Assembly: GCA_947038515.1 (NCBI GenBank)
Contig: CAMQWJ010000006.1
Location: forward strand, 46,765-110,764
Length of the DNA: 64,000 bases
From: an uncultured Fusobacteriaceae bacterium
GTDB lineage: Bacteria > Fusobacteriota > Fusobacteriia > Fusobacteriales > Fusobacteriaceae
Direction of reading: 5' to 3'
In this document: piece by piece, positions 62,225-64,000 of the stretch
Numbering within the stretch: the first letter of the stretch is position 1
Layout: every line of letters begins with the position of its first letter
Notes under the pieces: generated by a model
The model's database searches: none
Seen by the model: only the letters and a program-made list of their open reading frames with translations
Told to the model about the DNA's origin: nothing
Made by a program: the position numbers and the translations under genes

Positions 62225-63646
62225 CTAATTATTTTTATTCTTTTTCAATATTTCTCTACATAAAATTTCACGATCATCAAAATGATATTTTGTTTTTCCT
62301 ACAATTTGATATGTTTCATGTCCTTTTCCTAAAACTAATATTATGTCACCTTTTTCTGCTAATTTAACTGCAGTTCCTATTCCATCTTCACGCTCTTTTT
62401 TCACTATATATTTTTTCGTTTCAAATCCTTTTATTGAATCTTCCAGAATTTTTTCAATATTCTCTGTTCTAGGATTGTCTGTTGTCAGAATTACTATATC
62501 ACTGTATCTTTCTGCTATTTTTGCCATTTCACTTCTTTTTTTTACATCTCTATCTCCACCACATCCAAAAACAGTTATTATTTTTTTAAAATTCATTTCT
62601 ACAACTGTTTTTAAAATATTTTCCATAGCATCACCTGTATGGGCAAAATCTACAACAGCAGCAAATTCTTGTTTACAGTCTACCATTTGAAAACGTCCAG
62701 GAACTCCTTCTATTAAGGTTATTTTTTCAATCAATTCTTCAAAATTTAATCCAAGCCCCATGCCTGCACTTACTCCTGCCATTATATTATACAAATTATA
62801 TCTACCCATTAATTTTGTTACTATTTTCTTTGAATTGATTTCTATTTCTGACGGATTTTCACTTTTAAATACTCCAACCAAATCAGCATCTTTCATTCCA
62901 TAACTTTTACCACCAAATTCTTCAAAATATCTTTTACCGTAAATATCATCAGTATTAATAATTTTCACACCATTTTTTTTTGTTTTAAGAAACAATATTT
63001 TTTTAGCTTCATAATATTCTTCCATATTTTTATGAAAATCTAAATGATCAGGAGTAAGATTAGTAAAAATAGCTACATCAAACTCTAGCATATTAACTCT
63101 TCCTAATATCAAACCGTGGGAACTAACTTCCATCACTAGATATTTCAATCCTTTTTCAACACTTTTTTTACACATTTTTACAATGTCTATAGGTTCTGGA
63201 GTTGTATTAGGAGCTTCTATTATTTCATCACCAATTTTATATTCAACAGTCCCTATTCTAGCTACATTTTTTTCTCCTAAAAGACTTTCTAAAATATAAG
63301 TTGTTGTTGTTTTTCCATTTGTCCCTGTAATCCCTATTACTTTTAATTTTTTTTGAGGATAACAATAAAATTCAGATGCTATTTCCCCAATATTTTCTCT
63401 TATATTTTCAATTAAATAATATTTTATCCCTTCTCTTTTTTCTATTTCTTTAGAGATAATAATCCCTGTAGCACCATTTTTTATAGCCTTATCTATATAA
63501 TCATGCCCATCCACGGTTTCTCCAACCATGGCCACAAACACATCACCTTTTTCCACTTTTCTTGAATCATACTGCAAATTTTTATAATTTTTCATCTCTT
63601 TATAAAAATCTGTAACAAAAAATTTTTTTCGAGATTTTATATCCAT
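62225..63646 (-). CDS. murE: UDP-N-acetylmuramoyl-L-alanyl-D-glutamate--2,6-diaminopimelate ligase
   Basis: DSRKVEKGDVFVA, GITGTNGKTTT and the DAP-specifying DNPR motif (TTDNPRTE). Confidence 0.8.
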   Translation of the reverse strand: MDIKSRKKFFVTDFYKEMKNYKNLQYDSRKVEKGDVFVAMVGETVDGHDYIDKAIKNGATGIIISKEIEKREGIKYYLIENIRENIGEIASEFYCYPQKKLKVIGITGTNGKTTTTYILESLLGEKNVARIGTVEYKIGDEIIEAPNTTPEPIDIVKMCKKSVEKGLKYLVMEVSSHGLILGRVNMLEFDVAIFTNLTPDHLDFHKNMEEYYEAKKILFLKTKKNGVKIINTDDIYGKRYFEEFGGKSYGMKDADLVGVFKSENPSEIEINSKKIVTKLMGRYNLYNIMAGVSAGMGLGLNFEELIEKITLIEGVPGRFQMVDCKQEFAAVVDFAHTGDAMENILKTVVEMNFKKIITVFGCGGDRDVKKRSEMAKIAERYSDIVILTTDNPRTENIEKILEDSIKGFETKKYIVKKEREDGIGTAVKLAEKGDIILVLGKGHETYQIVGKTKYHFDDREILCREILKKNKNN

Positions 63647-63770
63647 AATTTCACCTCATTTTTTTATATTTTACCATATTTTATATTAAACTGTAACTTT
63701 AAAATTCAATATAATAAAATAATAATAAAAAAAACCAAATTACATAAGTAACTTGGAGTTAATTTTTTTA

Positions 63771-63855
63771 TGGTGGTGAGAGAAGGATTTGAACCTTCGA
63801 AGGCGGAGCCGGCAGATTTACAGTCTGATCCCTTTGACCACTCGGGAACCTCACC
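63771..63855 (-). tRNA. tRNA-Tyr (anticodon GUA), type II
   Basis: Manual fold: 85 nt, anticodon loop CTGTAAA, CCA encoded. Confidence 0.7.
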
Positions 63856-63866
63856 ACATATTTAGT

Positions 63867-63941
63867 TGGTACCCCGTAGGGGAATTGAACCCCTGTCTAC
63901 AGAGTGAAAATCTATTGTCCTTACCACTGAACGAACGGGGC
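63867..63941 (-). tRNA. tRNA-Glu (anticodon UUC)
   Basis: Manual fold: 75 nt, anticodon stem ATAGA/TCTGT, loop TTTTCAC, CCA encoded. Confidence 0.7.
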
Positions 63942-63945
63942 ACTC

Positions 63946-64000
63946 TGGTGCCTTGTGTCGGAATCGAACCAACCACCTACTGATTACAAGTCAGTTGCTC
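63946..64000 (-). tRNA. tRNA-Thr (anticodon UGU), 3' portion only (truncated by window end)
   Basis: Anticodon stem ACTGA/TCAGT, loop CTTGTAA, T-arm GGTTCGATTCC, CCA. Confidence 0.55.

Overview
This is an AT-rich chromosomal segment from an anaerobic, Fusobacteriota-like genome, judged by gene content and codon style; the organism is not identified. It is gene-dense and mostly on the minus strand.

Main blocks, in order:
- Housekeeping and miscellaneous genes (1-23 kb): dnaN, a NUDIX hydrolase, a YbiT-like ABC-F ATPase, an Old Yellow Enzyme, an EarP plus Arg32 EF-P pair, a CstA-family transporter overlapping a DUF1385 gene, a single-gene OLD-family ATPase-Toprim nuclease, an Fe-alcohol dehydrogenase, a radical SAM gene, tdk and mnmG.
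- A complete 10-gene succinate-to-propionate operon (24-34 kb): transporter, CoA transferase, split B12 methylmalonyl-CoA mutase, MeaB, epimerase, and the sodium-pumping methylmalonyl-CoA decarboxylase MmdADCB. A LysR gene sits upstream, bracketed by two copies of a long perfect palindrome.
- An autotransporter adhesin, a MerR/SDR divergent pair, and the rpsL-rpsG-fusA-tuf str operon (35-45 kb).
- A glycyl-radical-enzyme microcompartment locus (46.5-59.5 kb). Its GRE carries the full set of choline trimethylamine-lyase (CutC) diagnostic residues, and CutD follows. It also contains four BMC-H shell genes, one BMC-P, PduL, a EutQ cupin, a permease, two unknown 88-aa proteins and three EutE/PduP-type aldehyde dehydrogenase paralogs.
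- Two tRNA-Ser genes, kdsD-kdsA-murE, and tRNA-Tyr, tRNA-Glu and a partial tRNA-Thr (59.8-64 kb).

The most unusual observation is that two of the three aldehyde dehydrogenase paralogs have proline in place of the catalytic cysteine. They keep the fold and end in a C-terminal amphipathic helix, as the active copy does, so they may be microcompartment scaffold or cargo-organiser pseudoenzymes. The locus has no alcohol dehydrogenase, BMC-T gene or regulator, and it abuts the 3' ends of the tRNA-Ser genes.

No CRISPR array, rRNA gene, transposase or integrase was found.
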